A DNA stretch of 64,000 nucleotides from Octopus sinensis (GCF_006345805.1 NC_043004.1:29388001-29452000), one strand, 5' to 3'; shown: positions 49,572 to 63,920, counted from the stretch's first letter. Notes: generated by a model not told the origin, from the letters alone. Numbers and translations are program-made.

Positions 49572-51135
49572 CCCTAAAACTCGAGAACTACCCAACCGAT
49601 TTCATTCAAATTTTACCCATGCCTTACGGTCCGTGCAACGTCATGGGACAAAAAAGTTTCAACTTCTTTCCTAATGCTAGCCCAGAGCAATCTTATCTCT
49701 TACACTATTTCAGTATTACGTGTCAAAAGTGAAGCAATAACATCTCTTTATCGCAATGTGAGATGCTTTCAGTTTAATACTGAAACTATTAAACTGAAAC
49801 TATTACCTCACATATATACATGCATACATACATATTCGTCATAAACATTCTACCACTGCTACTAATAACTGTTGGGAACACTTTCAGACCTGCCTTACAT
49901 TCGAACCGGAATCTCAAAAACATTGTCCCCTTACATTCTCATTTCATTACCACGACAGGCAAATAAGACTTACTTCTCACGACAAGACAATGGAAGATGG
50001 TAACAGACATGCTACCTTGTCAAGTGAGATATATTGTCATCCACCTGTTCATAACTTTCACATGCAATTCCAAGTAGAAGGAGATTCAGGCCGAACTCTT
50101 CTTTAGGCCGTCAAAAGCCTAAAGACAGGCATAACCTCCTCGCCCGTGTTTTCCATCTGAAGTTAATCACTCTCATGGAGCCCATAAAAAAGGACAAGGC
50201 ATCGGACCCATACAATGTGACATGCTCACAATCGAATGGCAAAAAAGTATCCTTCCACATGCTCATATCCTGCTTTGGCTCTCAACGAAGATCAAATCCA
50301 TTGACATCGACAAGATAATCTCTGCAAAGCTTCTTGATCCAGCTTTAGATAAAATATTATACGAAACATTAAAGCAAACATGGTGCATGGTGCATGTGGG
50401 CGTGGATTCAACATAAACTTGCCATACTTGAAAGACAGCGTATGTTCAAAAAGGTTTTCAAGGAGGTTCCTACAAGAAACTCAGACAGGTGCTGATGGGT
50501 ATCCATCATATGGACGGAGAAAACTATAAGACGGCGGTTTCACAGCAACTATCGGACAGCACGAGATTGATAATAGATGGATGGTTCCCTACTGCCCACT
50601 CCTGTCAAAGACTTTCAATGCCCACATCAACGTTGAGTTTTGCAAATCCGTGAAGTCCTTAAAGTACGTTTATAAGTATGTGGACTAGGGTTCTGACGCT
50701 GCAATGTTTGTACTTCAACAAGAATACTGCCAGGATGAGGTGACGCACTATCAGGTGAGACGGTACATAAGTAGCAACGAGGCTTTCTGGCGCATCTTTG
50801 GCTTTCCCATTCACCAACTACACCATGCCATCCAACAGCTTGCAGTGCACCTGGAAAACGGTCAAAGGGTCTACTTAACCAATGCTAATGCTTCTCTGTT
50901 GGCAGAGGAACCAAAGGATAGCACACTCACTGCATTCTTCAAGCTTTGTCAAGATTATCCATTCGCTCAAACCTTGCTGTATCCATAGATTCCATCGTAC
51001 TACACTTGGAATGGGAAAAATGTGCCCCAAGGAAAGCAGGTCAAAATGTTCATGGATACCCTGGCATTAATTTTGACACTTGCCTTGTGCGAGTATACGC
51101 AGAGCATCCCACTTAACGCCGGGTATCTCTGCTAG
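49483..51135 (+). mobile_element. Internally deleted Helitron carrying a Rep-domain pseudogene, with both termini
   Basis: A|TC start at 49483 and CTAG|T end at 51135 after a degraded hairpin. LFITFTCN, IEWQK..LPHAHILLWL (HUH), KYVYKY and RRYISSNEAFWRIFGFPIH..LAVHLENGQRVY lie in 50040-51075. No helicase region. Confidence 0.92.
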
Positions 51136-51403
51136 TATACATATATATATATATACTCACACACATATATATAATTATATATACACTATTGATAGATTTA
51201 TATGTATGTGTCTGTTTATATATATATATATATATACACACACACATATGTGTGTGTATATAATCACTTTACTTCAGTTACAATCATAGTACTATTTCTA
51301 CACACACAGACACACATACACACACGCATACACACACATACACATACGTACACACACACATACACACATAAGCATGTGCACACATGCACACTCACATCAC
51401 ACG

Positions 51404-51441
<38 letters not shown>

Positions 51442-52145
51442 TACATACACACGATCCCTCTATCTGTCTCTCCTCCCACCTCTTTGTAACCTATTTCTTT
51501 CTCTTTTTCAGGATTTCTCTTTATATATAATCTCGGTCTTGCTTCTCTTCATATTTATTTACATTCATTTTTAATATATTTTCACCGTAGTATTCGATCC
51601 TTTTCTTCCTATCACCTCTCTCTTATCCCTCTCCCTCTCCTTCCATCTCTTAACATCATACTTTCTCCTTTTATCTTTCCCCCCCTTATCTTTCCCCCCC
51701 TTATCTTTCCCCCTCTTTCTTTCCATCCATTACTATCTCTTTCCTTCCTATATTTGCTTTATTCATTACCTCCCTTTCAAAACATAAGTATATACAAATA
51801 CTTAGAGGCGCAAAAATCAATCTGTGTTCGTAGAAACAAGGAAAAATCTATATATTTAATAGTTTGCTATTCTATAAACCTCTCGAACAGAAATAAATCA
51901 GATTTGTTATGATTATTCAGCTACTGAAACTACTTCCAACGACCTTTTTTCTTTTCTTTTTCCTTTTTTCCTTCCAGTTCTAAAGGAAAACGAGAGAAGA
52001 CCCTCCTCACCTCACTTCTTCATTAATATCAAGCAAGGCTAAGTAATGCTCGTTAAGATATTCTCAAGATATTGATGGAGGGATGCAGCTGACTCGGTAG
52101 ACAGAATATAAAACTGCTTACGGAACAGTCCACTTTTTGTGCACT

Positions 52146-52472
52146 TAGGAGCACTCCGTCGGTTACGACGACGAGGGTCCCAGCTGATACGCTCAACGGA
52201 ACAGCTTGCTCGTGGAATTAACGTGCAAGTGGCTGAGCAATCCACAGACACAAGTACCCTTAACGTAGTTCTCAGGGAGATTCAGCGTGACACAGAGTGT
52301 GACAAGGCCGGCCCTTTGAAATACAGGTACAACTCATTTTTGCCAGCTGAGTGTACTGGAGCAACGTAAAATAAAGTGTCTTGCTCAAGGACACAACGCA
52401 TCGCCAGGAATCGAACTCACGACCTTACAATCGTCAGCCGAATGCCCTAACCACTAAGCCATGCGCCTTCAC
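52146..52472 (-). mobile_element. tRNA-derived SINE with a family C-like head and a different body
   Basis: Minus strand reads gtgaaggcgcatggcttagtggttagggc...gagttcgattcctgg...tccttgagcaagacacttt. Confidence 0.88.
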
Positions 52473-52689
52473 TTTTTTGCACTAACACCAACATATTGAT
52501 GTTTCAAGCCAATTCATCTAACTCTTAAGCAGTTCAATACGCCTGCTTACCTTCTCTCTCATCTTTATTCTCTTTCTCCTCTCAGGGTCCACCAGAATAG
52601 TTTCCAGATCGAATACAATTCTATTTCTACTGTTATGTCGCGGACCAGTGATCTCTCATTCCGCAAGAAATTCGATAAAAGCAATGTTG

Positions 52690-53330
52690 TTACATTTGAC
52701 AACAAAGTTACGCTTACCGAAAGTGACTTCAAACTGTTTCTTCAAACCATATATATTCCCCTCTCCCCAACTTCTTTCAAACACTGATTTCTGTAGAGTT
52801 TTCGTTATGCATCCAACACTCTTCCACTTTTATATTAATGACCTATTTCCTATTTCTTTTCACCAAACACACTGCATGGCAAATGATACAACTCTTACAA
52901 ACGCATCATTTACACTATCTAGATTCCGTATACTAAACTTGTGATAAGGATCTAAAACTATCCTCTATTGGAGACATTACAACCTAGTCATCTTCAACAG
53001 TACGCAAAATCTGTAGTTGCATATATCGAGAAATCAATCTTGTAACGCTACGTTTGTCCTACAATAAACACCTACTCGTAAAACATCTCAAATTTGCTAC
53101 GTGCTTTGTCTCACAATACCAGGTGATCTGACAACTACACACATATATATAACATTACAATAATATATTACATCCCAATAACGAGATTTCCCCTTAGTTT
53201 TAAAAAATACTCTACTACAGATAGGTTACTTATACTCTACAGTATTCTAGTTCGATCCACAATGCGGTATTACTCTTAAATGTGGGGTTGTTCTGCTACT
53301 TGACGCAAATATCGTAGACTTCATGTTAAC
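52690..53330 (+). mobile_element. L2/Crack-like LINE RT relic
   Basis: HPTLFHFYINDLF...THCMANDTTL (decayed YADD) and LILYSILVRSTMRYYS*MWG. Confidence 0.75.
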
Positions 53331-54502
53331 ATAGCCATATCATTCACAAAAACAACAATCATTAGACACTAGGCTTATAGACCTGGTGTCTCTTCATCCT
53401 CGAAAATAATAGATTCTGCTTCACTGATTTAACACTTTGAGTATCACCCATGCTCACTTCAGGCACTCAGTGTTCCTTCACTCATCATACTTAAAACCTA
53501 AAGACAAATGCACTCGTTCATCACTCAAAACTGTTTCTACCTTGGGTTCCATACTAATCCTTTCTTTTCCAACACGTATGAAACCAGGGACGTTCAAAAT
53601 AAACATCAACTCCATTGCTCAACAGTATGGGAGAGCTTGTAAAGGTCTAAAATATGAATAAATATAACTCAAAACTGTAAGCAAGGTGAGTACTAGAAGA
53701 TTAACGAATACTTCTTTTTAAAAGGAAATACCAAGTTCAACTCCTTCTGGAAAATATCGGGTGCAAGTGTGAATCTGTGTGTGTGTGTATGTGTGTGTGT
53801 CTTCCTGTATATATGTTTGAGTGTGTGAATGTGTATGTGTGAGTGTGTGTGCGTGTATTCCACGTAGACATAAACATACATATATCATACAATACACACA
53901 CATGACTAAGATCATATTCGACCAGCATACATACAACTTGTGATTCGGAGATAGAAACAACGACCTATTACACTTCGTCTTGAAGCTGAAGGACAGAGGA
54001 GTTGGAAATTTGCCTTGAGTCCGGAACATACTACCTACTACACATCAGTATATCAATGGGGCAAAAAGATTTACGTTATGCTCATTCAAAACGTTTTACA
54101 CCCCAAAAAACTATGGTTAATGAACGCTTGAAATTTTGAACCAATGTCAAAAATTTCAAACATAATCAAGCTGGTATCTGATAGACTCGAAAAAAAAAAC
54201 TGATCTATCCTTGACCATCGGACATTTTTTGTCAGAAATAAGCAGTGATCATATCTCCAACAAGATTACATGAAGGTCTGATCTCACCACCTACTCTCAC
54301 TAACCAATGAGAACTAGGAACCAGCAAAAATCCTACCTACCAACTTCTTTTTTCGGTATTCATTTCCAGAGAACTTGTACGATTGTACACGCGTTTCACT
54401 ATTTATAACTTACATTACGGTGATTTTCTAAATTATATTAATTATGTGTGTATGAGCCTGCATATGTATATATATATATGTGTGTGTTTGCGTGTGTGTG
54501 TA

Positions 54503-55070
54503 TTGGGTCTTCTCATATATAATGCGGTTGTTTTTTCAGTTGCGTGAACTAAAAGTTGGAGAGGGACGGAATAAACAACCTTCATTACCTTACTATAAAA
54601 GTAGATAGTAATTTTACCTTGTACTTATACTTAGTGCACATTTTGAAAAGTGCAGTTCGATTTTAACGGTTATTTTTTCAAAGTTATAATGGAAGTGACA
54701 AAGGAGTATATTTGGCATAGTTTGCTTTGAGTTCAATAAAGGCAACAACGGAACGGTAAGTGCGAAGAATATTAATGCAGTATATGGGGATATGACAATA
54801 AGCGTAAGCCAGTGTCAACGGTGCTTCCAGAAATTCCGTGCCAGAAAATATAACCTAGAAGACGAGCCTCGTCCTGGAAGATCTGTAGAGCTCGACGAGG
54901 ACGTCCTGCAAACCCTAGTGAAACAAAATCCCATCGTAACTGTTGTGGAACTAGCAGTGGAACTTGGATTTGGTCATTTACCCATTCATTGACACCTGCA
55001 TGCCATCGTAGAAGTCAACAAATTGGGTTAAAGAGTGCCACACAAACTTACAAAGTCTAATCACACAAAT
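54503..55070 (+). mobile_element. Mariner relic (5' end and HTH region)
   Basis: MEVTKEYIW...ISVSQCQRCFQKFR..NLEDEPRPGRSVELDEDVL...ELAVELG, followed by RVPHKL. Confidence 0.88.
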
Positions 55071-55399
55071 TACCAAAGAAAAATGGAGATTGAGCTGTAC
55101 AGAAATGCAGAAAAATGAGGTGAGTGCGACAAGTGCAGATTAACTTATTTATGTAGCCAATTAACAGAATGTAATTGTAATTGATGTTTTATTTTTTGTA
55201 AATAAGAATTACCTGTCTCTTTTTCAAGTTTCAAATTTCTATGCCTTTTAGTGACAACAATACCCTTGTTGTGACATCTTTTCGGATAGTTTCCAGCCGA
55301 AAAGTTATTCGTGTGAGTGGACTCTTCTGCACATATGTAAACTTTTCAAGTGATGTTACCGATACAAAACCCACCTTATTCATTTCATGTAGTGTACAA

Positions 55400-55750
55400 C
55401 ATCAAAGGCTGGAAAAATTACTTTCTAAAGCTACCAGTCTTTGATTACAAAATTAATGCTTCAATTCACCCAGGTATTGCATATAGGAAAACTGAATACA
55501 CAAACGGCGCATTCGGCCCTTCTTTGAGAAACAAGATCTCTATATATTATCGCTGATACGGCAAAATGTATGCACACACACTAACCAACTTGACCGTCAA
55601 AAATGTTCACGTGTTTCTAAAGGCTTATATGACATATCGCATGGCATGTAAAAGAAACAAAGAATTTTACATCGACAAAACCATTCACAAACTCAATCGT
55701 GGTAAAGAACTCTTTCCAATGAATGCCCATCTCGATCCAGCGCGTTAAGT
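55400..55750 (+). mobile_element. Possible PLE GIY-YIG relic
   Basis: NLTVKNV...YRMACKRNKEFYIDKTIHKL resembles N.TC...IY.I.C..C.EFYIG.T..L. Confidence 0.45.
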
Positions 55751-56348
55751 TCTACACAAGGTAATGTTTGCACCATGTAAAATGTATTAGTGATACTTTC
55801 AAATCTAATACAGCGCGTGTGTGTGTGTAGAGGGTGCGTCAAAAATCCTCCCAGATTTACCATTCTTGACGAAAGTTTCAACAATGAACGCACGATGTGA
55901 ACCCGTTTAAACTATGATGATAACTAATAAGAAATATAACAGTTCTAGTCACACGAAAGCACAATTACCACCCGTCTCCTTTACATTTGCCATACATTTT
56001 GTACAAGGTATCGCGCGTGGGTATGTATGTGTATATGTAAGTATTATGTATGTATGTATGTATGTATGTATTATGTATGTATGCATGCATGTATGAATGT
56101 GTTTGGGTATGTGTGCGTGTATTAATATCATTCGCAAGAAATTTATTGGCAGTAATTCACTATTACATTGCTCCTGAGATAACTTGTGCCATTTCTCTAA
56201 GCACTTTCCTTTAACTGACTTTCGACAACAATAGGGTAAAAAAGATTGTTTTCCTCTGTGCCAGCATACGAAACTGTTGTAAGCCTTTACAATCAAATAA
56301 CTGAATTCATGGCAAACACACACATACACACACAGAGAAAATGTATGC

Positions 56349-56393
<45 letters not shown>

Positions 56394-56727
56394 TAGATAC
56401 ATACACACACACACACACACGTGTATATATATATATATATATATGGGTGTGAGTGTGACAGTATATAGGTACATAGAAATCGTTGTGAGAAAACCAATCG
56501 ATAAGATTTCATCATATCCTTTATTGAAACCAAACCCAATATATCGATTGATAATTTTAACTTTCATGTGTTCTAAATTTTTCTCATGGTTCCTCCTAAT
56601 TGTGTAGTACTTGGTCCCTTCGGGGTTTACAGCAGCATAATTGGTTTTCGTTTGCTATACGAACTAAACATGTCATGTACTTATTAGCGCACCTTTGTCT
56701 GCACATACATACACAAACATGCTTTCA

Positions 56728-56787
<60 letters not shown>

Positions 56788-56808
56788 CTTGTCTATCTGT
56801 CTGTTTTC

Positions 56809-56875
<67 letters not shown>

Positions 56876-57484
56876 TGTGTATATGTATCCATATATGTGC
56901 GTATATACATACTTTCATACATAATACATATTTGTGTGTGTCTATGAGTGTACTTGTATGCGTGTATGCTTGCGTGTATATGTGTATATGTGTGTCCGTG
57001 TGTGTGCGCGCGCTTGCGTATGTATGTGCCAAGCTCCCGTCTTGTAAAGCAGTATATTACTAGGAGCGGTGTCTTAGAATTTATCAGTAAATCTAGAGTA
57101 AATCTAGAACTGAAGGCTATATCTTTGTACCTATTCATGCAGTAAACTCAAATAGAACAGGACGCAAATTCCAATGTTACAGCCCAAGCCATACACTACT
57201 TTCAGTGAAATGCAATTCCTTTTGGTAAACATTTCTTAGAATTCCATTCACATCAAGTATGAATTATTGCAGCCATTCCCAAACTTTTAGTCACGATATA
57301 TTTTTGAAAAGGTCACCAAAACAAATTATTTTAAAGTTTTGAAATACTTGTAATTGTAAAATCTTTATATCTATGTTATAGGCATAAGGGCCGCCACACA
57401 AAAATTACTGCAATATAAGGCATATTTCCTCAAGAAAACTGACATGTTAAGTGTACTTCTTCATTGTAATATTTTAAAAAAGAA

Positions 57485-57706
57485 AGGCGATGAGCCGGCA
57501 GAATCGTTAGTGCGCCAGGCAAAATGCTTAGTGGTATTTCGTCCGTATTTACGCTCTGAATTCAAATTTCGCTGAGGTCCACTTTGCCTTTCATCCTTTC
57601 CGGACCGATAAAATAAGTACCAGTTGAACACTGGGGTCGATGTAGTCAACTTATTCCCTACTCTGGAATTGTTGGCCTTGTGCCAAAATTTGAAATCAAT
57701 ATATTA
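57485..57706 (+). mobile_element. SINE family A
   Basis: aggcgatgagccggcagaatcgttag...ttgtgccaaaatttgaaa. Confidence 0.9.
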
Positions 57707-60700
57707 AAAGAGAATATGATATGGTTACTAATTTGCCAAAATGGGTCAAGAACGGTAAAAGAGTTGAGAAAGGTTGCATGAGAGGAATATAAACTAACGC
57801 TGGTATTTGACTGATATTACATATTATCGACCCTGAAAAGGTCAAAGACAAATGTTAATGTTGGTGGGATTTGAACTCAAACTGTAAAGAGTCAAGACCA
57901 GATTCTTGTTTGCTGATTCTAATTAACCACTGCACTTCCTCATTTCTCATCTCATTATTTCAATGTTCCTCAACACTTACCAGTTACAAAAGGCGGGACA
58001 ATCATCTCTGATATGATGTGTATGTCTATGAATACGTCTGCGCAAGCTAGTTTTATTGAATAGCTTAAAGTGACCAACATATTGCAGCGATGGATGCCCT
58101 AAAGTTGATATTCATAATCATCCACACTACTTGCCCTCTACTTCAATATGTACTTAATCTCTGTCCTTCATTAGCTTTGGTAAATCCTCAGTTTTATATT
58201 GTGTATCTCTGCCAATAATATTACTGTAGCTGGTTGATCTTTCTCTTCTATTAGGGTGCGGAAGTCTCCAAAATGTAATATTTGATTTGGTCTTTTCAGT
58301 TGGACACTAGACCAAAAAGTTACTTCACCCTAATGTTTCAGCTTGAGTATGGAGCTTATTTCATTCTTATTTATCTTCCCTCGCTCAGAACTGACAGTGG
58401 TCTCGAGTTAGTCAACTTCACAAAAAGGAATTTTCGTTATCGAAAACTGGGAATTCTTAGAGGGAGAATCGCCATATACCGAAACAATTTCGAAAATCAT
58501 TTCCAGAAACCAATCCACACAGTCGCCAGTGTCTCAGCTGACAAGAAATTCTAAAAAAAAACTTGGTCGGTAAAAAATTCAACTTGGATCAGGAAAGGTG
58601 AAAAGAGCCTTCAAAAAGAAAGCAGTGAAAAAGAAAAATATCGAGTAACTTAGTTACTGCAAAGATATCTTTGTGAATAATTAGGAAAAAGTATCTAATT
58701 AGAAACTGGAAGCCGTGTATTCTACAAAATTATGAAGGAATTACTAATTAGAAACTGGAAGCCTTGTTTTTTACAAACTCTCAGTGATGATTCGGAAAAT
58801 GAAATTAATTCTGGAATTGGCTCCTAAGTAATTGCCATGTTAGTGTTGATTCTTCAAGATGTGGGAAATCAAAACATCAACGACATTCAAAAGTAATCAT
58901 TTGTAATATTTGTTCAGCAAAGAATTACAGATATCCCTTTCGTTCTCCTCGACAGAAATACAGTAAAACAGTGATTCGAGCCTGTAACCAACGGTTGTTC
59001 CTCATTTACAGTATCACATCATCGGTGTTATAAAGATACATACATACATAAATACATACATGCATACATACATACATACATACATAAATACATACATACA
59101 TACATACATACATACATACATACATACATACATGCATACATACATACGTGTCTGGATGTATGTATGTGGGTATCTTTAGTTGTGTGTGTGCATGTGTGTG
59201 TGGCCAAGTTGTGTAACTTACATACGGATCAGACCATCAACCTACCAACCTACCAATGTATATTGTAGTTAGATAAAGTTTACCGCTATAAGAAGCAGTC
59301 AATGTATACGGGACTACCATTCATGGAGAGAAATGAAATCCCCCAGTAAAAAGGATTTAATTTGATTAAAGGAATAGTTCAGCCTTAGATATTCTAGATA
59401 TTTCTATTCGTGTGCAGAAGTCTTCAAAATACAATAACTGATACAGCCTGCTGTTCAGTTAAACGCTAGGCCAAAAACTTACTTCACACTAAGATTTTAT
59501 TAACTCATGTTTCGCCTTGTATATGGAGTTTATTTCTTTTTATTTATTTTCTATCGCCCAGAAAGTATTACAGCTGCCTCACGTCAGTTCACTATTCTTT
59601 ATGACTCACGCAGCTAAATGGAATTTTCTCAATCACTGACAGTATAAAAAAAGCATAATAAAACCACCCACTTCATCTATAAACCTTTCCTTAATTTAAA
59701 TTCTGTCCTATTTTTCTATTACAGCCTATCTTTAGTCTTCTATGCTTCTTTAAAGTGTCAAACATTCAATATTCTTGTGACCAATGTTGTGTAGAAATCT
59801 CTCCACTTCAACTGGAATTTGACAACTTTTCGAAATTCGCATTAATTCAGCCCCAGATTTTTGTACTTATAAGACAGAAAATGTCTGAGGGCAACTTCTA
59901 ATACTGTTCCTCCTTGAACACGAAAAACATCCTACATTAGAAGCATTAGCCTATTTTTACTGGCCACCAACAAATTAGTATGCTACGGATCAATATGAAC
60001 AGTTTCTTCTATTTCTGTTGCTAGAGAATAACAATATGCATTCAGATGATAAATGTCATTTATGTCAACATCCACTGCTACTATCAATGAACTCTCTTCA
60101 TAATTTCCGGATTAAGCTTCGTCCTGACCTTTTCAATAAGTAACTTTACTTTTCAAAATTCGCCATAAATTTCTGCTATTTTCGATACATCTTGTAGGAA
60201 AAAATTCGTTTAGCTATCTCACAGCATATTTTTAAATTATCTGATGATTAATGATTGATAAGATTTAAAAGGTATCGAGTATATATGCATAAACACTTTC
60301 ATGTCGAGTTTTTAGTAGTCATTGAGCTAAAAAAATTATTAGTGTATCTAAATTTTCCATAGAGCCAATAGAACAAAAAGCAACAGTTTTATTTGTTATA
60401 TTCTTAGAATTCGGTAGAAACCATGCCGGATTTGGAATCTGATTACACAGCTAGGTTCTTGGACGACAACTAATTGCTTTCCTTAGAACTATACAAAAAC
60501 CTGTACAATCTTACTGATTCTTTTAGAACTGTGGATATAAAGATTAATGTACATTAATGTATCTAAATCTATTAGAGTAGAAGCGAAAGTTCATAATTTC
60601 CTACCGATACAGCAATGTTTCTCTCTAGAGACATTTAGGTACGAACTATAAGAAATTTATAGCTCATCGCAGTAAGAAGCATGGGAAAACTTCATGATCT

Positions 60701-61042
60701 GTTAATTTGAAATACTGAGTTTAACTATTCCAGTGGAGTTGTATGCATGACAGAAATTAACTAATGATTTCTTCCTTGAAAATATTGGGAATTACGACTT
60801 CATGATATATATATATAGTGGATAGGGTTTTGCACTCACAACTGCTTGATTGTGGGTTCAAGTACCGGACGAGGCGGTCGTTGTGTTCTTGAACAAAACG
60901 CATTATTTCACTCTGCGGGTGGGAGAGTGGCAGAATCATTGAATAACGGAGATGCCTTACGGTATATCGTACGACTCTCTAAATTTTTAGCTAAAATCCC
61001 ATTGCCTGGAGAAGGACCTGCTGAAGGGCAGGGGAAGACCAC

Positions 61043-61200
<158 letters not shown>

Positions 61201-61221
61201 ATGTGTGTGTATTCTTTTATT

Positions 61222-61420
61222 CTTTTTTGTTTCAGTCATTTAACTGCGGCCATGCTGGAGCAACGCTTTTTAGTCGAACAAATCAACCCTAGGACTTATT
61301 CTTTGTAAGCCTAGTACTTATTCTATCGGACTCTTTTGCTGAACCGCTAAGTTACAGGGACGTAAACACACCAACATCGGTTGCCAAGTGATGGTGGGGG
61401 ACAGACACACTCACACACAC
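61222..61420 (-). mobile_element. SINE family B 3' half
   Basis: gtttcagtcatttaactgcggccatgctggagc...gctaagttacagggacgtaaacacacc. Confidence 0.88.
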
Positions 61421-61707
61421 ACATACATATATTTATATATATATATATACATAGGCGCAGGAGCGTCACTGTGTAAGTAGCTTGCTTACGCATGCACGTT
61501 TGTTAGTTACGTATTGGATTGAACACTGTCTTGAATCGAAGAACTGCTGAAGAGGTGCGACTGCAAGGTAGGGATCTGTTTTTTTAAGGGACTTAGTGGG
61601 GAATTTGTTGTATGACATTGTTTTTCCTTTTTTCATATAAGAAACCCCTCACTGGGTTTCGAACATTTGTCTGCTGCAGTCGCGCTCAGTAACTGACTTA
61701 GCGGTGA

Positions 61708-61821
61708 CAATTGATGCTGGTGTATTTACGTCCCCGTCACTTAGCAGTTCCATTGGTTCGACTAAAGGTGGTGCTCCAGCATGGTTGCAGTCAAATGACT
61801 GAAACAAGTAAAAGAATAAAA

Positions 61822-61826
<5 letters not shown>
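61708..61826 (+). mobile_element. SINE family B 3' fragment
   Basis: gatgctggtgtatttacgtccccg...gactaaaggtggtgctccagcatgg...gaaacaagtaaaagaataaaag. Confidence 0.85.
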
Positions 61827-61864
<38 letters not shown>

Positions 61865-61906
61865 AAATAAATATGCGTATTCTCTCTTGTGAATGGACTA
61901 GGTAGA

Positions 61907-61951
61907 CGGTCGCTGAAGAGGTCGCAGGTGTGTGATGAAAGATTTCCATAC
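61907..61951 (+). ncRNA. Second, more decayed copy of the 497-540 hammerhead motif
   Basis: GGTCG CTGAAGA(61913-61919) G GTCGCA-GGTG-TGTGAT GAAA GATTTC CATAC. Downstream aataaacgagtga is shared with the first copy. Confidence 0.55.
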
Positions 61952-62031
61952 AATGAGTATAAGATAAAATATGGCCAATAATAAACGAGTGAAGTATATA
62001 TATATACTTTAAATAAAGTATATATATATAC

Positions 62032-62110
<79 letters not shown>

Positions 62111-62412
62111 AATTTGTTGATTAACAAAGCAACTAATAGTCTAGTAATATGAATCTTACTACACAGAAATTTAAACGCTTCCATAAACTTTATGAAAACA
62201 CCTATATTGACAGGGGTTCTAACCAGCCATCGTCAAATAATTAGTTAATAGCATTGATAGGTGTGTTTCCAACCTATCCTTTGGTGAAGTATCTTATAAA
62301 AAGGCAGCCCCATATTACAGCGCTGCATTAGAAAGGTCAAATTTTAAGAATAGTATAACCTACAATGAATATGTAGAAAAGCCAAAAGACATAGACAGAG
62401 GACAATATTATG

Positions 62413-62645
62413 TATCTCTTTATTGCCCACAAGGGGCTAAACATAGAGGGGACAAACAAGGACAGACAAAGGGATTAAGTCGATTACAACGACCCCAGTG
62501 CGAAACTGGTACTTTATTTATCGACCCCGAAAGGATGAAAGGCAAAGTCGACCCTGGCGGAATTTGAACTCAGAACGTAGCGGCAGACGAAATACCGCTG
62601 AGCATTTCACCCGACGTGCTAACGATTCTGCCAGCTCGCCGCCTT
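62413..62645 (-). mobile_element. SINE family A with a 15-bp target-site duplication
   Basis: GAGGACAATATTATG at 62398-62412 and 62646-62660. Confidence 0.95.
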
Positions 62646-63187
62646 GAGGACAATATTATGGTATACGCCTCCATACAGTATGGATATGGCTACAATTACG
62701 ACCAGAAAATGTCTGAAACTTATAGATGATCACTTCCTACTGTCAAAAGTATCAAAAGATATTTAATAGAAATACGGTTAAACTTAGCAATAGTTGCCTC
62801 CCTACATAGGATTGATGATTCGATGATTTTCAATCACAATATGAATAATAACATAATCAATACCTCTCAAAATTCTTGTAGTTGTAAACCCCTCAGTAAT
62901 CGCCCCCTTAACAATATGTGCCTGGAAAAGAACTGGTGTACAAGGTCAGCATCACGGAACCACGAAAACTTACGTTAAAGTGACATGAAGCACCTTGAAG
63001 AAGATACACTCACCACTTGGCTTCGTTCAGAGATATAAAAAAAATATATACATCTTTATCCAATATGGTATGGACCCTTAAAGAGAGGAATGTTGATAAC
63101 TTCCTTTTAAATTGGTGCATCAGAACTAAGGCCAGCAAATATAGGAGATGGGGCAACAAATCCGATCTCTGTATCAGAAAAAGTTAG

Positions 63188-63407
63188 ATACGCTTTACTC
63201 TTTTACTCTTTTACTTGTTTCAGTCATTTGACTGTGGCTATGCTGGAGCACCGCCTTTAGTCGAACAAATCGACCCCAGGATTTATTCTTTGTAAGCCTA
63301 GTATTATTTTATCGATCTTTTTGCCGAACCGCTAAGTTACGCTAAGTAAACACACCAGTATCGGTTGTCAAGCGATGTTGGGGGGACAAATACAGACACA
63401 CAAACAT

Positions 63408-63474
<67 letters not shown>

Positions 63475-63632
63475 CGACGGGCTTCTTTCAGTTTCCGTCT
63501 ACCAAATCCACTCACAAGTCTTTGGTCGACGCTATTGTAGAAAACACTCGCCCAAGGTGCCACGCAGTGGGACTGAACCCGGAACCATGTGGTTGATAAG
63601 CAAGCTACTTACCACACAGGCATTCCTACGCC
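63188..63632 (-). mobile_element. Full-length SINE family B
   Basis: Reverse complement of the complete head, body, microsatellite and (TAAAAGAG)n-like tail. Confidence 0.93.
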
Positions 63633-63884
63633 TATCTAACAATAACAATGAACATTTTGAATATTAGGGAATAGACATTCTCTTCTTGCACAAACAACAA
63701 TGCATACTTTGAAATTTCAAGCATGATCCCTTATTCATCTTGCCACCTATCCAACTAAGGTAAAGCTTTGGAAATGTTTTGGATTACAGACATATACTCC
63801 GAGGAACTCATGCTGGAATTCTTAACTACACAGACACGTATAATTTATGATTAGCATATATTCATGACGTCACACAAATTACAA

Positions 63885-63920
<36 letters not shown>

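Larger units (their letters stand above)
62180..63700 (+). mobile_element. PLE relic from RT thumb to GIY-YIG, interrupted by two SINEs
   Basis: YIDRGSNQP, KAAPYYSAALERS, RHRQRTILWYTPPYS (across a SINE), FNRNTVKLS.SCLP, PLNNMCLEKELVYKV and TSLSNMVWTLKE. Confidence 0.85.

Noticed and set aside
58695-58763. 20-bp direct repeat ctaattagaaactggaagcc
   Set aside because: A simple local duplication with too short an interval to mark an insertion, and no further structure.
59700-60200. Minus-strand VERFLHN resembling a hAT-like C-terminal motif
   Set aside because: A single weak motif in heavily decayed sequence.
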